A DNA stretch of 64,000 nucleotides, from the IMG/VR virus record IMGVR_UViG_3300013126_000009; one strand, 5' to 3'. The notes under the pieces were generated by a model. That model saw only the letters and a program-made list of their open reading frames with translations, did no database searches and was not told the origin of the DNA. This DNA comes from a virus (lineage: Duplodnaviria > Heunggongvirae > Uroviricota > Caudoviricetes). Positions within the stretch are counted from its first letter, which is position 1; each line of letters begins with the position of its first letter. The translations under genes and the position numbers were made by a program. Below are positions 19,286 to 30,104 of this stretch, in pieces.

Positions 19286-22200
19286 ATGATTAACTTAGAT
19301 TATTGTGGATTGGACAGTGCAAATGAAAACAATTTAGAAGTTTTCACGAATCCCAATGGTACAATTCAAGTATATGTTGATGGAATTTCGTCAACAATAA
19401 GTTCAGAGTTTTGTTGTAATTTTTTAAATACCATTGAAAACTATTCAACAACTGGATACACATTTACATGGGATATTGAATTAGGGCAATGTAGATGGTT
19501 ACAAAGAGTTGATTGTAATAACTTACCAACATTCAATGTGACCCTAAATCCACAAGGAAATAGTGGTGCTATATTTGAAGTTGATGAGGGCGAACGATGC
19601 GTTCTTGACGTAAAGTTTGAATATCTATTTAAATTTAATTGTGACACAATAACTGGTATATCTGGTAGAACATTTAATCAACAAATAGAATTTCATAATA
19701 ACCAAATCGCTTCAGCAACAACACAAATAGCAATAGCGCAATCGGCTTTAACTGAAAATGTTGGTCAATTCAATAATGTTTTACCTTATGAAACACAAGA
19801 AGGTACAATATATCTATGCTTAACAGAAGCTGGTGTAGGTCTATTGGAAATATTAATGAATAATAGTACCGAATATGATTTTAATAGTTATTTGAATGGT
19901 GAATATTATGATAATAATGGTAATGAATTATTAAATATATCTGGAACATTCTATGAGGTCGCCAATGAACCAGAACCACAAGGGCTTTATTATGATATTT
20001 GTAGTGACGGTTCTAATTTAATGTATGAAACATATAATTGGATACAAACAAATCAATATTGGCAAAATATAATAGATACTGAAGAACAGGTTATTATAAC
20101 AGCACAAGCTGCGATAAATCAATTATTGGCCGATAATCCAAACTCTTGTTTAACTGAAATTGAAACTTTAGAAAACCTTGAGATTGGAATGTCAATCGAC
20201 ATACAGAATCCACAATATGAACAATTGGTGGATTCAATTTATTCAGAAACATTCTTCAATATCGGTGAAGGCAATCTATTAACATACTTAATTAATAATT
20301 TTAATAGTGGTTTATACATACCGAACTATAATGGTATCGACTGTACTGATACCGCATGTAATGATTTTGCAAATATAATAGTTGACCAATTAATTGCTCA
20401 AGCGAATGAACAAGATTTATTAACTGGAACAACCAGAGGTCAAAATTATCAAGAATTAATTAATCTAATTGGTGAAAATTATTTCGATTCTAATTGGTTA
20501 ACATTTGAAACTAGAATAAGTGACCCAGCTGTAATTAGTGGTATTACGAATCAAGCTATTAACTTAAGTGTACAAGTTCTTAATAGTTGTATCGATTTTT
20601 CAATATTGATTGATAGAATTGAAATAAATAAAGTTTGTGAACGAAAGGTAAATGATGATATTTTTGTTTCAGAAAACCCAGCTTTCAATCTAAAACGGGT
20701 GGTTGATAATAAAAAATCATGGACTGCGATTGAATCACCAGTTCACAGAACTTTTGATTTATCAATGCGTGAAACGGAATATGACGTTAACAATTACAGA
20801 TTGGTAATCAACACTAAAGAAACTGATTTAAATATTGCGATTGATAATGCCATAGAAACCGATGTTTGGTGTTATGTTAATGATAATCCATGTATATTAG
20901 AACCGTGTTACTCATCATCAACAACTGGATTAACAGCAACAACATGTTGTTGTAATTTGGATGGTATAAGCGGTACATCAATAACTGGTGAAACAATATC
21001 ATTACCACCAACTGAATCTTATAGTGGCTGTACGTGGGCTGTAGGTGATACAGGTCCAGCTGGCGGTACGGTATTTTGGGTTGACCCAAATAATCCTTGT
21101 AGAGCGTTAGAAGTTGGTCCAAATGACTTATCATATTTCGATGTAATAACTAACTATGATTTTAATTGGTCACTTGGTATTTATCCACCAATATTTCCAG
21201 CACCGACTGAAATGGGTATTGGTTATGGGCAACTAAACACTGAGTACATATTGAATAATAATGGTACGTTACCACAACAATATCCAGCCGCATACACAGC
21301 TGATACTTATTCTTTTGGTGGATATAATGATTGGTTTTTACCTAGTGCTAATGAACTATTAGAAATCAATAATGCACTACCAAGCGAATTAACAGTTTCA
21401 GTAACATGTCCAAACTTACCAATAGCATATTGGAGTTCAACATACATTAATCCAAATGAAATTTACGTATTAGATACCTGTAATAATGTATTGACAGCAA
21501 ACACCGCTAATGGTAGTTTTTTCGCAAAAAACACTAGAGTTAGACCAATCAGATTGATTGACACCAGTCCATGTAATAATGTGTATAACGCAATAACTGG
21601 TTCGACATCAATAACTGGTGGTTTTGAAATCGAAGAAACTGATTGTTCGTGGATTTATAAGTTTGATACAGACTCAAGTCCAACGACATTTGATGGTTTT
21701 TGGTTAGCTGGTATGCCAGACGGCAGTTTGGGGGTTTTTCAACAGATAACACAATCTGGTGTAACATCAACAACAATTAACTATACAGATATTGTAACTG
21801 AAGATTGTTGTATTGCATACAACGAAGGTTTAAGGCACGTTGAGAATGAATTGTATCTTGGTAGACATTTAGCAAACCTAAGGTGGGACCAAGACTGTCA
21901 AAAATGTTTAATAAAGCAATGCAGTGACGAGCATTGCACTGATTACAATGAGTTATTAACCTCAAGCATAACAGGGTTAACCACCGTAACACAATTCAAC
22001 GACATATTAAGTAGCGAATTGATAAACGTTAGATGTAGAAAAATATCTTCTGGATACCCAACATTAAACGCATTATATCACCGTTATATGAATTCAACGG
22101 AATATTGTGAGACTTTAAGTTCACAATTTACTTACCAAACAATGATTGAGTTTTCTGATTTGATTGGTAATTATTGGGTTGATTTGATTGAACAGGTAAT

Positions 22201-22546
22201 ACCTAGTACGACAATATGGACGGCAAATTATATTTATGGTAACACACTATACGACCAAGAGAAGTTCAAATATAGAAGTGGTTCAGTATTCCCATGTAAT
22301 CCTAATAGATATTACAGTGGTACACTGCCAATGAGACATACTTCAATGACACCAAATAACACATCAGGTGACACAGTAGATGTACAGTTATATACTTTAT
22401 CTGATGATGGTATTTGCAAGGCTTACGAGGAGTGTAGTGATATTTATTATTATAATGGGGACTGCGGTTCTGAATTTGTTGGTACGGTATCAATATTTAG
22501 CACTAATATAAATAATAATAACGGTAATAATTTAATAGCCGAATAA
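19286..22546 (+). CDS. tail/baseplate protein containing a DUF1566 (Lcl-C, CLec-fold)-like domain
   Basis: About 21030-21560 encodes VGDTGPAGGTVFW...GYNDWFLPSANEL...YWSST...RVRPIR. Confidence 0.6.
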   Translation: MINLDYCGLDSANENNLEVFTNPNGTIQVYVDGISSTISSEFCCNFLNTIENYSTTGYTFTWDIELGQCRWLQRVDCNNLPTFNVTLNPQGNSGAIFEVDEGERCVLDVKFEYLFKFNCDTITGISGRTFNQQIEFHNNQIASATTQIAIAQSALTENVGQFNNVLPYETQEGTIYLCLTEAGVGLLEILMNNSTEYDFNSYLNGEYYDNNGNELLNISGTFYEVANEPEPQGLYYDICSDGSNLMYETYNWIQTNQYWQNIIDTEEQVIITAQAAINQLLADNPNSCLTEIETLENLEIGMSIDIQNPQYEQLVDSIYSETFFNIGEGNLLTYLINNFNSGLYIPNYNGIDCTDTACNDFANIIVDQLIAQANEQDLLTGTTRGQNYQELINLIGENYFDSNWLTFETRISDPAVISGITNQAINLSVQVLNSCIDFSILIDRIEINKVCERKVNDDIFVSENPAFNLKRVVDNKKSWTAIESPVHRTFDLSMRETEYDVNNYRLVINTKETDLNIAIDNAIETDVWCYVNDNPCILEPCYSSSTTGLTATTCCCNLDGISGTSITGETISLPPTESYSGCTWAVGDTGPAGGTVFWVDPNNPCRALEVGPNDLSYFDVITNYDFNWSLGIYPPIFPAPTEMGIGYGQLNTEYILNNNGTLPQQYPAAYTADTYSFGGYNDWFLPSANELLEINNALPSELTVSVTCPNLPIAYWSSTYINPNEIYVLDTCNNVLTANTANGSFFAKNTRVRPIRLIDTSPCNNVYNAITGSTSITGGFEIEETDCSWIYKFDTDSSPTTFDGFWLAGMPDGSLGVFQQITQSGVTSTTINYTDIVTEDCCIAYNEGLRHVENELYLGRHLANLRWDQDCQKCLIKQCSDEHCTDYNELLTSSITGLTTVTQFNDILSSELINVRCRKISSGYPTLNALYHRYMNSTEYCETLSSQFTYQTMIEFSDLIGNYWVDLIEQVIPSTTIWTANYIYGNTLYDQEKFKYRSGSVFPCNPNRYYSGTLPMRHTSMTPNNTSGDTVDVQLYTLSDDGICKAYEECSDIYYYNGDCGSEFVGTVSIFSTNINNNNGNNLIAE

Positions 22547-22550
22547 TAAA

Positions 22551-22796
22551 ATGCCAAAATTAGTTAGAAATATAGTTGGAGTTATATACGACCCAGAAAC
22601 GGCTGAAACAAGATACATAAGAGGTCTTGAAGGTGAATTCGGTGAAGGTGATTATTTCAACGTACTTAGACTTTATGTATACCAACAAGATTATAGTAAG
22701 GTTGAAGCACCATTGGAAAATATACCAAAAAACACAACTTTTGGCCTACTTACAAATATAAATAGAAGGATAATAGAATTAGAAGTGTCATATTAA
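22551..22796 (+). CDS. hypothetical protein
   Basis: 81 aa; stop/start overlap with the next gene. Confidence 0.6.
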   Translation: MPKLVRNIVGVIYDPETAETRYIRGLEGEFGEGDYFNVLRLYVYQQDYSKVEAPLENIPKNTTFGLLTNINRRIIELEVSY

Positions 22797-24733
22797 TGAG
22801 ATATCAAGAAAGGACATATATTAGCTCACCGATTGAATGTATAAGAAACAAATCAATATATAATGTTTCTTGTAGTTCTGATATTGATATATTCACACCA
22901 CCAATTTTTGAGGTAACTGGTACAACCACAGGTAATTGTATTTACAATTCAATTGATTTCAGCGGAACGCCCTACACAAATATATTATCAGCAGCAACCA
23001 CTGCGTGTACAATTTCAGCAACATGTTTTGATTATTCGGTTTGGAGAGTTAATGTAGCTGAAAATGGAACGACCGTTTATACTGGTGGAACTGGTTTTTG
23101 GACTGGTAACACTTATAGCGGTGACACACCAACAGACACAGCTTTAAGTAATGCACTTAACAATACCTTTTCAACTTTGGGGTATGATTATTATTCTGAT
23201 AGTTTATTATACAATATAAGAAAACCATATGGAGCAAGTGGACTAACAGTATCATTATGTGTTGATTTATATTTTTTCGATGATGGTGCGTTTTGTACAG
23301 GTGGAACATGCTCAAACTCGTGTATTAGCATTGGTAGTGCTACATATCCAGTATTAGATAGTGGTTCAACGGGTGTATATGTTATAGACAGAGTTACTGG
23401 TGGTACCGAATTTGACTTTGAGTTTAAATTCTCTTCTTCACAATTCAGTGGTTTTACTAACTCAAGAAACTTAAAATTCAGATACGAAGTTTATAAATAT
23501 TTCCCAGCTTCAGGTAATTTTAGAAAACCTGTACTATATAATGCTGGTTATTTCGATAAAAATGCTTTCTCAATTGATAAGGGCGGTGATTATATTTTAA
23601 ATCAAAAAATACCATATAGTTCTTTGAATTTGGATGGCGATTACTTGATTAAAGGTTATTTTTTAGGTGATGTTCTTACTGATTATGGTAAACGATTGGG
23701 TCAACAAATAGATACTTCAGACTATAAGTTCGGTAGTGATAATAGATATTATAATCGACTTAGTTTTAGAGATTGGTATTTCAGCGCAAATTATAAAGCT
23801 GATACACCAAATATCAGTTTAACGGCACCAACTACGTCCCAATTGGGTACATTAAGGGTAATAAGTGAATATATTACATGCCAAAGCGCAACGACAGCAA
23901 CAACAATTTGTAATACTGGTACAACATATGTTCTTGGTTCTGACATAAATGGTGATGTATTAATTTCACTTAATGGTGAGGTTTTAAATGAGGACTTAGA
24001 TTATACGTTATCGGCATCAACCAACCAAACTGGTCGAACCGTTAAGGTTCTTGAATTATTTACTGGTACCACGACAGGTGATGTGTTAACATACGCCTTT
24101 GTACAAAATGGCGATTCCAATAACTTCAAGTATGAAATTATTGATATTGATTTCCCAATAGTATCTGGCGCCACTGGTGGTCAAGGTGATAACAACGTTT
24201 ATTATAATACGACAACGGGTAAATACGAATTATATACCGAACTTCCACCAGCAACAGGAAATGACATATACGTAACAATAAATGGTGCTACATTGGCCAA
24301 TAACATTGATTATTATAGGTCAACGTCAGTTGATAATAGAATAATATTACAAGGTGCTATATTTTCTGGTGATGTAATAAACATCTATTATAATTCATTG
24401 GCAAATGTATCAGACGATATTTATACAGCAACCCACCAAATTAATTGGACGATTGATAACGCTCCACAAGAATCTAACGGATTCTTCACATTGGAGGTTG
24501 CCAATTTTAAATCGTTTAGTGCCATAACGCAAAGCGCGACAACTGATTATGTTACAAATCAACATAATTATTCAAGCTATGTAACATTCAGTGGTGATGT
24601 TAATACTGTACAGTATTATCGAGTGAAGAATACTAAGGAATATCGAACCATGTGTGGTGATAAAATAATAAGCGAAGCGTACAGTGAAACGATACCTATA
24701 ACAATTAGATACAATTCAATTAATTCCTATTGA
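22796..24733 (+). CDS. putative tail/baseplate protein
   Basis: 645 aa, Thr/Gly-rich; two repeats of V-x-(L/I)NG-x-x-L-x-x-x-x-DY. Confidence 0.6.
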   Translation: MRYQERTYISSPIECIRNKSIYNVSCSSDIDIFTPPIFEVTGTTTGNCIYNSIDFSGTPYTNILSAATTACTISATCFDYSVWRVNVAENGTTVYTGGTGFWTGNTYSGDTPTDTALSNALNNTFSTLGYDYYSDSLLYNIRKPYGASGLTVSLCVDLYFFDDGAFCTGGTCSNSCISIGSATYPVLDSGSTGVYVIDRVTGGTEFDFEFKFSSSQFSGFTNSRNLKFRYEVYKYFPASGNFRKPVLYNAGYFDKNAFSIDKGGDYILNQKIPYSSLNLDGDYLIKGYFLGDVLTDYGKRLGQQIDTSDYKFGSDNRYYNRLSFRDWYFSANYKADTPNISLTAPTTSQLGTLRVISEYITCQSATTATTICNTGTTYVLGSDINGDVLISLNGEVLNEDLDYTLSASTNQTGRTVKVLELFTGTTTGDVLTYAFVQNGDSNNFKYEIIDIDFPIVSGATGGQGDNNVYYNTTTGKYELYTELPPATGNDIYVTINGATLANNIDYYRSTSVDNRIILQGAIFSGDVINIYYNSLANVSDDIYTATHQINWTIDNAPQESNGFFTLEVANFKSFSAITQSATTDYVTNQHNYSSYVTFSGDVNTVQYYRVKNTKEYRTMCGDKIISEAYSETIPITIRYNSINSY

Positions 24734-24783
24734 TGAATTATTGACAAATGACTATTTATAAATAAACTATAAAATAAAAAGAA

Positions 24784-26919
24784 ATGAGCTATATAATCAA
24801 TAACACATCACCGTTTGTTAGTATTAAACTGACAGAAACTGGTCGTGAAAAATTAGCATCTGGTAATTTAAACTTTTCTTATTGGGCAATCGGAGATTCT
24901 GAAATCAACTATGTTAGGGAAGAATTATATGATAATCAGTCTGGGATTTATTCAAATGTTACAGACCCAGCAAGGATTTTAAGACCAAAAGATAGACAAC
25001 CTAATTTTAAATACTTTATCACTAAGGATAACCAGACAAATCTTAATGCTATGCAAGGCGCTAATATTGAGGTTGTTAAAGCTGTTGTTAATAATCAAGC
25101 TGATGAAAGAGGGTTTTTCAATAATAGTGGTGGAACTTTCACAACATTAAGTAGCTCAACATACATTGTAAGTTCGCAAGTAATTAATAACACATCATTA
25201 ACTGGTGGTACTTCAGTTAATATTACTGGTCTAACATTCAGTATCGGTGATTTGATTTTAATGAAAGTTGGTAATTGTACCTTAACTGGTCAAACCAATT
25301 TTGCAAATACATTACCAATGCCAAATCTTTGGTTTCAAATCACAGGAACTGGTGCAACAGCAAGTGATATTGTTGTTGATAGAGATTTACCAAACCTAAG
25401 CGGTGACTGTGGTACAACACAGGTAATTGTTTATCCAAGTGGCCAAGTTTGGGATATTTATGGTAGCAATACTGCGCCATATTGGGATAATGGTACACTA
25501 AGTTTTGATAGTTGCTGTGGTGTGTCATGTAGTGATGTGCCTATTTGGAATATGAATAACGTTTGGTGTGAAGACCCTGCTGGTTTTGACTCTGGAACGA
25601 CTTATGAACACTATTGGGATTTTGGTTCATTTGATTATTTAGGTCAAAAATATCCATATTTCTGGTATGATTGTGAAGAAGACCCAACGTTAAATGATAT
25701 TCTTTGTGAAGTACCAGGTCAATCAGTTTTAGATACCGTTAGAAAATCCATATCAATACTACATTACACAAATAATACGGTGTCAAATGTTTATGGTGAA
25801 TTCTTTTATATAGATACAACAAATAATAAAACATTGACATTAGATATGCCAGATATAATGTACCACAGAAGAAATTATTCAACTGGTTCTGGTACAATAA
25901 TGGGTATGCGTTTCATTGCAAGTGGTGCGACACAATTGGTACCTAATAGTCAAATTGAATATGTTCCTTTGATTGAAGACCCAACTAAAGTATCTGGTGT
26001 ACCACAACAAGTCGGTAGAGTATTCCCACAACTTAAAATGGTTGTTATTGATGATGATGAAATTGTTATGGCAATGTCATATAAAGCGAATAGAAATTGG
26101 ACATTACCACCATTGGCTGCAAATCTAAAGGCACCAGCATCGTCATCAACTGGCGGTACATTACCTTCAGATAGAACAATGTATATTACATATATTTTGG
26201 ATAATGATTTAAGTGGTGCAACAACAACAGGTATAACAACACCTATAAATTGTCAATATTATACCAAAATGACAAATACAACACCAACATCTAAAGATGT
26301 TGAATTCAGAATATCTGAGGTTGATTTGTTACCTTATATGAGAAAGGTTGAAGACCCATCGTATGACGGTTTAGGTTTCTATGCTAGAAACTTTAAAGTA
26401 TTATGGCAAATTGTTGAGAATCCAGAAGATAGACCATTAACAAACCAATGGAATGTGTATGATTTTACATCAACAGCTATAACAACCAATGCTGGTGAAA
26501 CAATTGACCCTGTTGCTTTGGAAAATCAAAATCCAACAACGAACGGTTTCTTGATTGACCAGAACGTTGCGACTGGTAGCACACAATATTTTAATATAAT
26601 CAATACGTTGAATCTACCACTGAATTCAAATTCATCTGGATTACAGTTTGGTGATGAAAGATTCTTTTATGGTAATCTTAATACATTCATAGGTGCAACA
26701 ATATACAAAACAATATTCAGAGTTACGGTAGATGCCAATCAATTTAATTTTACCAGTAATCCAACTAGAACAACCGACCCTAATCAACCTGATATAAGGG
26801 TTAGTGAAGTTGGTGTATACGATTCAAACAGGGAATTGGTTGTTGTCGGTAAATTAAGTAAACCAGTCTTATTAACAGACTCAGACGTAATAACACTTGA
26901 ACTTTCAATCGATTTTTAA
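24784..26919 (+). CDS. putative tail-fibre-attachment/baseplate protein (paralog of 26920)
   Basis: N-terminal LTETGREKL...GDSEINY and C-terminal VSEVGVYD...VVGKL. Confidence 0.6.
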   Translation: MSYIINNTSPFVSIKLTETGREKLASGNLNFSYWAIGDSEINYVREELYDNQSGIYSNVTDPARILRPKDRQPNFKYFITKDNQTNLNAMQGANIEVVKAVVNNQADERGFFNNSGGTFTTLSSSTYIVSSQVINNTSLTGGTSVNITGLTFSIGDLILMKVGNCTLTGQTNFANTLPMPNLWFQITGTGATASDIVVDRDLPNLSGDCGTTQVIVYPSGQVWDIYGSNTAPYWDNGTLSFDSCCGVSCSDVPIWNMNNVWCEDPAGFDSGTTYEHYWDFGSFDYLGQKYPYFWYDCEEDPTLNDILCEVPGQSVLDTVRKSISILHYTNNTVSNVYGEFFYIDTTNNKTLTLDMPDIMYHRRNYSTGSGTIMGMRFIASGATQLVPNSQIEYVPLIEDPTKVSGVPQQVGRVFPQLKMVVIDDDEIVMAMSYKANRNWTLPPLAANLKAPASSSTGGTLPSDRTMYITYILDNDLSGATTTGITTPINCQYYTKMTNTTPTSKDVEFRISEVDLLPYMRKVEDPSYDGLGFYARNFKVLWQIVENPEDRPLTNQWNVYDFTSTAITTNAGETIDPVALENQNPTTNGFLIDQNVATGSTQYFNIINTLNLPLNSNSSGLQFGDERFFYGNLNTFIGATIYKTIFRVTVDANQFNFTSNPTRTTDPNQPDIRVSEVGVYDSNRELVVVGKLSKPVLLTDSDVITLELSIDF

Positions 26920-28116
26920 ATGGGATTCAATAATTCAACAACAGTATTAACCGCTAAATTCACACCTTTGGGTAGACAAAGGTTAATAACTAGCACTAAT
27001 AATCTAATCACTAAATTTTCATTAGGTGATTCAGATGCGAATTACAATGCAACACTAACTTTAAGTACAGGTGAAGTACCTGGTTATGGTGGTGACCTTA
27101 CCAGTTCAAGCGGTGTGACAAATAACGGTGTTGCACAGAATACTGGGATTAAGAGTAATCTATTTTTATTAGGCTCAAACCCATATAAAAATGTTGAAGC
27201 CAACTCTTCTAGATTGGTTGTCTCAAATGAAAGTATAGGTACAACAACAGTAACTGGAACCAGCCTTTCACATGATACCATTTATCTATCAGCTGGAACA
27301 ACTGACAGTTTAGTGAATTTATATAACACCTTCAATTTACCAATAAGTAATTCTGAGAAACTAAGGTATACTGGAACAACGTTTAATCGTGGGGGTTGGG
27401 CTGACACAGCATTAAGTGGCTTTGCCACAGATAGAATATTGGTGATTGGGGTACCAAACGACCAATACGGTGACTTATTAGATGGTAAATCAATTAGATT
27501 GACAATATCTGGCACAACTGGTGGTACGTATAGTTTATATAGCACTTTCCAAAGAAAAACGACATCAGCCAGCGCTGATGATAATCAATACGTTGAAACA
27601 TCAGAACAAACAACATACTTCAACCCGAACTATGCGTTCATGTTCTCAGACCAAATTAAAAAACCTAACGGTGATGCTTCAAAATCATGGGCAACTGGTT
27701 ACGGAACAATTAAACCGTTCTCGGCCAATGGTAAAGAAAGATATAATCTAAGAACTAACTCATCGCTTGGTTACACTGCCGATACAGCCGTTGGTATTGC
27801 ATTTTTGGATAAAGGTTTCGTTGTTATAACAGACCCAACAATAGTTAACGATTTTACAGCGTCAAATGCCAGTGCATCCACATGCACGTTTAATAGTGTA
27901 GCCACTGTGGTAAATCAAGAAATAATCTGTATTGCTGGTAAAGGTGAATTTGGAAGTTCAAATAATAGAACGTTCACAAAGGGTGATGTTCCTAGAGTAT
28001 CTGAAATCGGTTTATATGATGCGGCAAATAATCTTATTGCCTACGGTAAAACTAACCAACACATAACTAAAACTGTAAATGAACTTAAAGTACTTGCTGT
28101 AAGAATATCAGTTTAA
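26920..28116 (+). CDS. putative tail-fibre-attachment/baseplate protein (paralog of 24784)
   Basis: N-terminal FTPLGRQRL...GDSDANY and C-terminal VSEIGLYD...AYGKT. Confidence 0.6.
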   Translation: MGFNNSTTVLTAKFTPLGRQRLITSTNNLITKFSLGDSDANYNATLTLSTGEVPGYGGDLTSSSGVTNNGVAQNTGIKSNLFLLGSNPYKNVEANSSRLVVSNESIGTTTVTGTSLSHDTIYLSAGTTDSLVNLYNTFNLPISNSEKLRYTGTTFNRGGWADTALSGFATDRILVIGVPNDQYGDLLDGKSIRLTISGTTGGTYSLYSTFQRKTTSASADDNQYVETSEQTTYFNPNYAFMFSDQIKKPNGDASKSWATGYGTIKPFSANGKERYNLRTNSSLGYTADTAVGIAFLDKGFVVITDPTIVNDFTASNASASTCTFNSVATVVNQEIICIAGKGEFGSSNNRTFTKGDVPRVSEIGLYDAANNLIAYGKTNQHITKTVNELKVLAVRISV

Positions 28117-28163
28117 CTTTACATTAACTTAAACCCCATTATAATTAAAAAAAAAACGATATA

Positions 28164-28808
28164 ATGGAAGAAAGTAATTATGTGCTCGGATTAGATATCA
28201 GTACCAAAACAATTGGTATCGCACTATTTGAGGATTTAGGTGATAGAGGTGAGTTGAAATTACTACACCATGTAGCACCTAAAGTTAAACCAACACCAAA
28301 GTCAAAACTTCAGGAACTTTGTGATAAAGCAAATATGTTTGAAGATGAATTCTTAAATAAGTATGCCGATATTGGTATTAGTCGAGTTATTATTGAAGAA
28401 CCACTGTTAAGGTCGAATAACGTATATACTGTTTCAACACTATTAAGATTTAATGGTATGATATGTCGTTCTGTTTATGAAACTTTAGGTGTTGTGCCAG
28501 AATTTATCTCATCATACGACTCAAGAGCTTATGGGTTTCCAGAATTATTACAAAAACGTAAGTTTAAGAAAAATGGTGAACCTTTAACCGAACAAGCGAT
28601 TAAAAAAAGTAATCCAGTACTATTCGGTGATTATCCGTATGATGTTGATAAGAAAAGTGTAATTTGGGAAAAAGTGGCTGAATTGGAACCGAAAGTTGTT
28701 TGGCTGTATGATAAAAAACAAATGTTGAAAAAGGAGAACTATGATATGGCTGACGCCTTCTGTTCGGTGAGAGGCTACATGAATAAAACTGGTAAATGGA
28801 AAATATAA
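28164..28808 (+). CDS. RuvC-like Holliday junction resolvase
   Basis: VLGLDISTKTIG, IIEEP and DMADA acidic catalytic motifs. Confidence 0.75.
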   Translation: MEESNYVLGLDISTKTIGIALFEDLGDRGELKLLHHVAPKVKPTPKSKLQELCDKANMFEDEFLNKYADIGISRVIIEEPLLRSNNVYTVSTLLRFNGMICRSVYETLGVVPEFISSYDSRAYGFPELLQKRKFKKNGEPLTEQAIKKSNPVLFGDYPYDVDKKSVIWEKVAELEPKVVWLYDKKQMLKKENYDMADAFCSVRGYMNKTGKWKI

Positions 28809-29125
28809 TGGCAATAGAAATAAAAGACGAAAACTTTGAAGAGTTAGTGTTAAAAAGTGATAAACCTGTAATGGTTGATTTTTTTGCATCATGGTGCGGT
28901 CCTTGTAAGATACTTGGACCAATTGTCGATGAATTGGCAAAGGATTATGAGGAAACAGCTGTGATTGGTAAAATGAATGTGGAATCCAACGCACTAACAC
29001 CGATGAAATATGGTATTAGAAATATACCAACAATTCTATTTTTTAAGGATGGTGAGGTTAAAGACATTCAAGTTGGTATGGTACCTAAAAATGTCTTAGC
29101 AGCTAAAATCGATTCGTTAATGTAA
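28808..29125 (+). CDS. trxA: thioredoxin
   Basis: WCGPC active site and IRNIPT cis-Pro motif; start corrected to ATG 28808. Confidence 0.92.
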   Translation: MAIEIKDENFEELVLKSDKPVMVDFFASWCGPCKILGPIVDELAKDYEETAVIGKMNVESNALTPMKYGIRNIPTILFFKDGEVKDIQVGMVPKNVLAAKIDSLM

Positions 29126-29147
29126 TTATTTTTTGTATATTTGCGTT

Positions 29148-30104
29148 ATGGTTTATTCCGTTACGCAAATATTAGAGTCAGTGCTTGGCAACCCCCGTAA
29201 ACATAATCACGGGGCTGGTCAGATTGCTTTTGACTGTCCCACTTGTTCTGAAGAAAAGGGTATGCAACAAGGTGATGGTAAGGGTAATCTAGAGGTAAAT
29301 TATAAGAAAAACGTTTATAGATGCTGGGCTTGTTCTGGTTACAACAACACACACGGTAACCTATTTAAACTAATTAAAACTTATGGTAGTAAGAAAGATT
29401 TAGAAGACTATAAATTACTATTACCATCACTGGATTTTGATGAGGAAATCGTTACTCATAAAAATGAAGAGGTATTAAAATTACCAGAGGGTTATAAGAA
29501 ATTATCAAAATGCACCACCAAAGACTACCTGTATGATAAGGTAATCAATTATCTTAAAAAAAGGGGTGTTACCGATAATATAATAAAACACTACGATATT
29601 GGATATACCACAGTAGGTAAATACAATAACAGGATTATAATACCATCGTATGATGAATTTGGTGATTTGAATTATTTTGTCACTAGGTCATTTGATTCTA
29701 AAGTTAAACCAAAATATTTAAATCCTGACGTTGACAAGCAATCTATAATTTTCAATCATGGTAAACTAAATTTTAATAGTACTATTTATTTGGTAGAAGG
29801 TACATTTGACCATATTGTAATACCAAATTCAATACCACTGTTGGGTAAATATGTGTCAGATAAGTTATGGGTTGAACTACAAAAAGCGAATGGTTATATC
29901 GTAATATTATTAGATTCTGATGCTGTTGAAGACGCTATTAATATTTATAAGAAGTTAAATATTGGTAAGTTATACGGTAGAATTAAAATGAATATACCTC
30001 CAGATGGACATGACCCAAGTACGATATATCAGAATTTAGGGGCTAAAGGTATAAAAATGTTAATTGAGAATAGCTATATACCTAGTGAGAGTAGAATCTA
30101 TTGA
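29148..30104 (+). CDS. DNA primase (Zn finger plus TOPRIM)
   Basis: CPTC...CWAC Zn site; IIIPSYD; LVEGTFD and LDSD TOPRIM motifs; TATATTTG at 29136-29143. Confidence 0.85.
   Translation: MVYSVTQILESVLGNPRKHNHGAGQIAFDCPTCSEEKGMQQGDGKGNLEVNYKKNVYRCWACSGYNNTHGNLFKLIKTYGSKKDLEDYKLLLPSLDFDEEIVTHKNEEVLKLPEGYKKLSKCTTKDYLYDKVINYLKKRGVTDNIIKHYDIGYTTVGKYNNRIIIPSYDEFGDLNYFVTRSFDSKVKPKYLNPDVDKQSIIFNHGKLNFNSTIYLVEGTFDHIVIPNSIPLLGKYVSDKLWVELQKANGYIVILLDSDAVEDAINIYKKLNIGKLYGRIKMNIPPDGHDPSTIYQNLGAKGIKMLIENSYIPSESRIY

Noticed and set aside
19286-22546. Diversity-generating retroelement
   Set aside because: No reverse transcriptase and no adenine-mismatched template repeat were noticed in this window.
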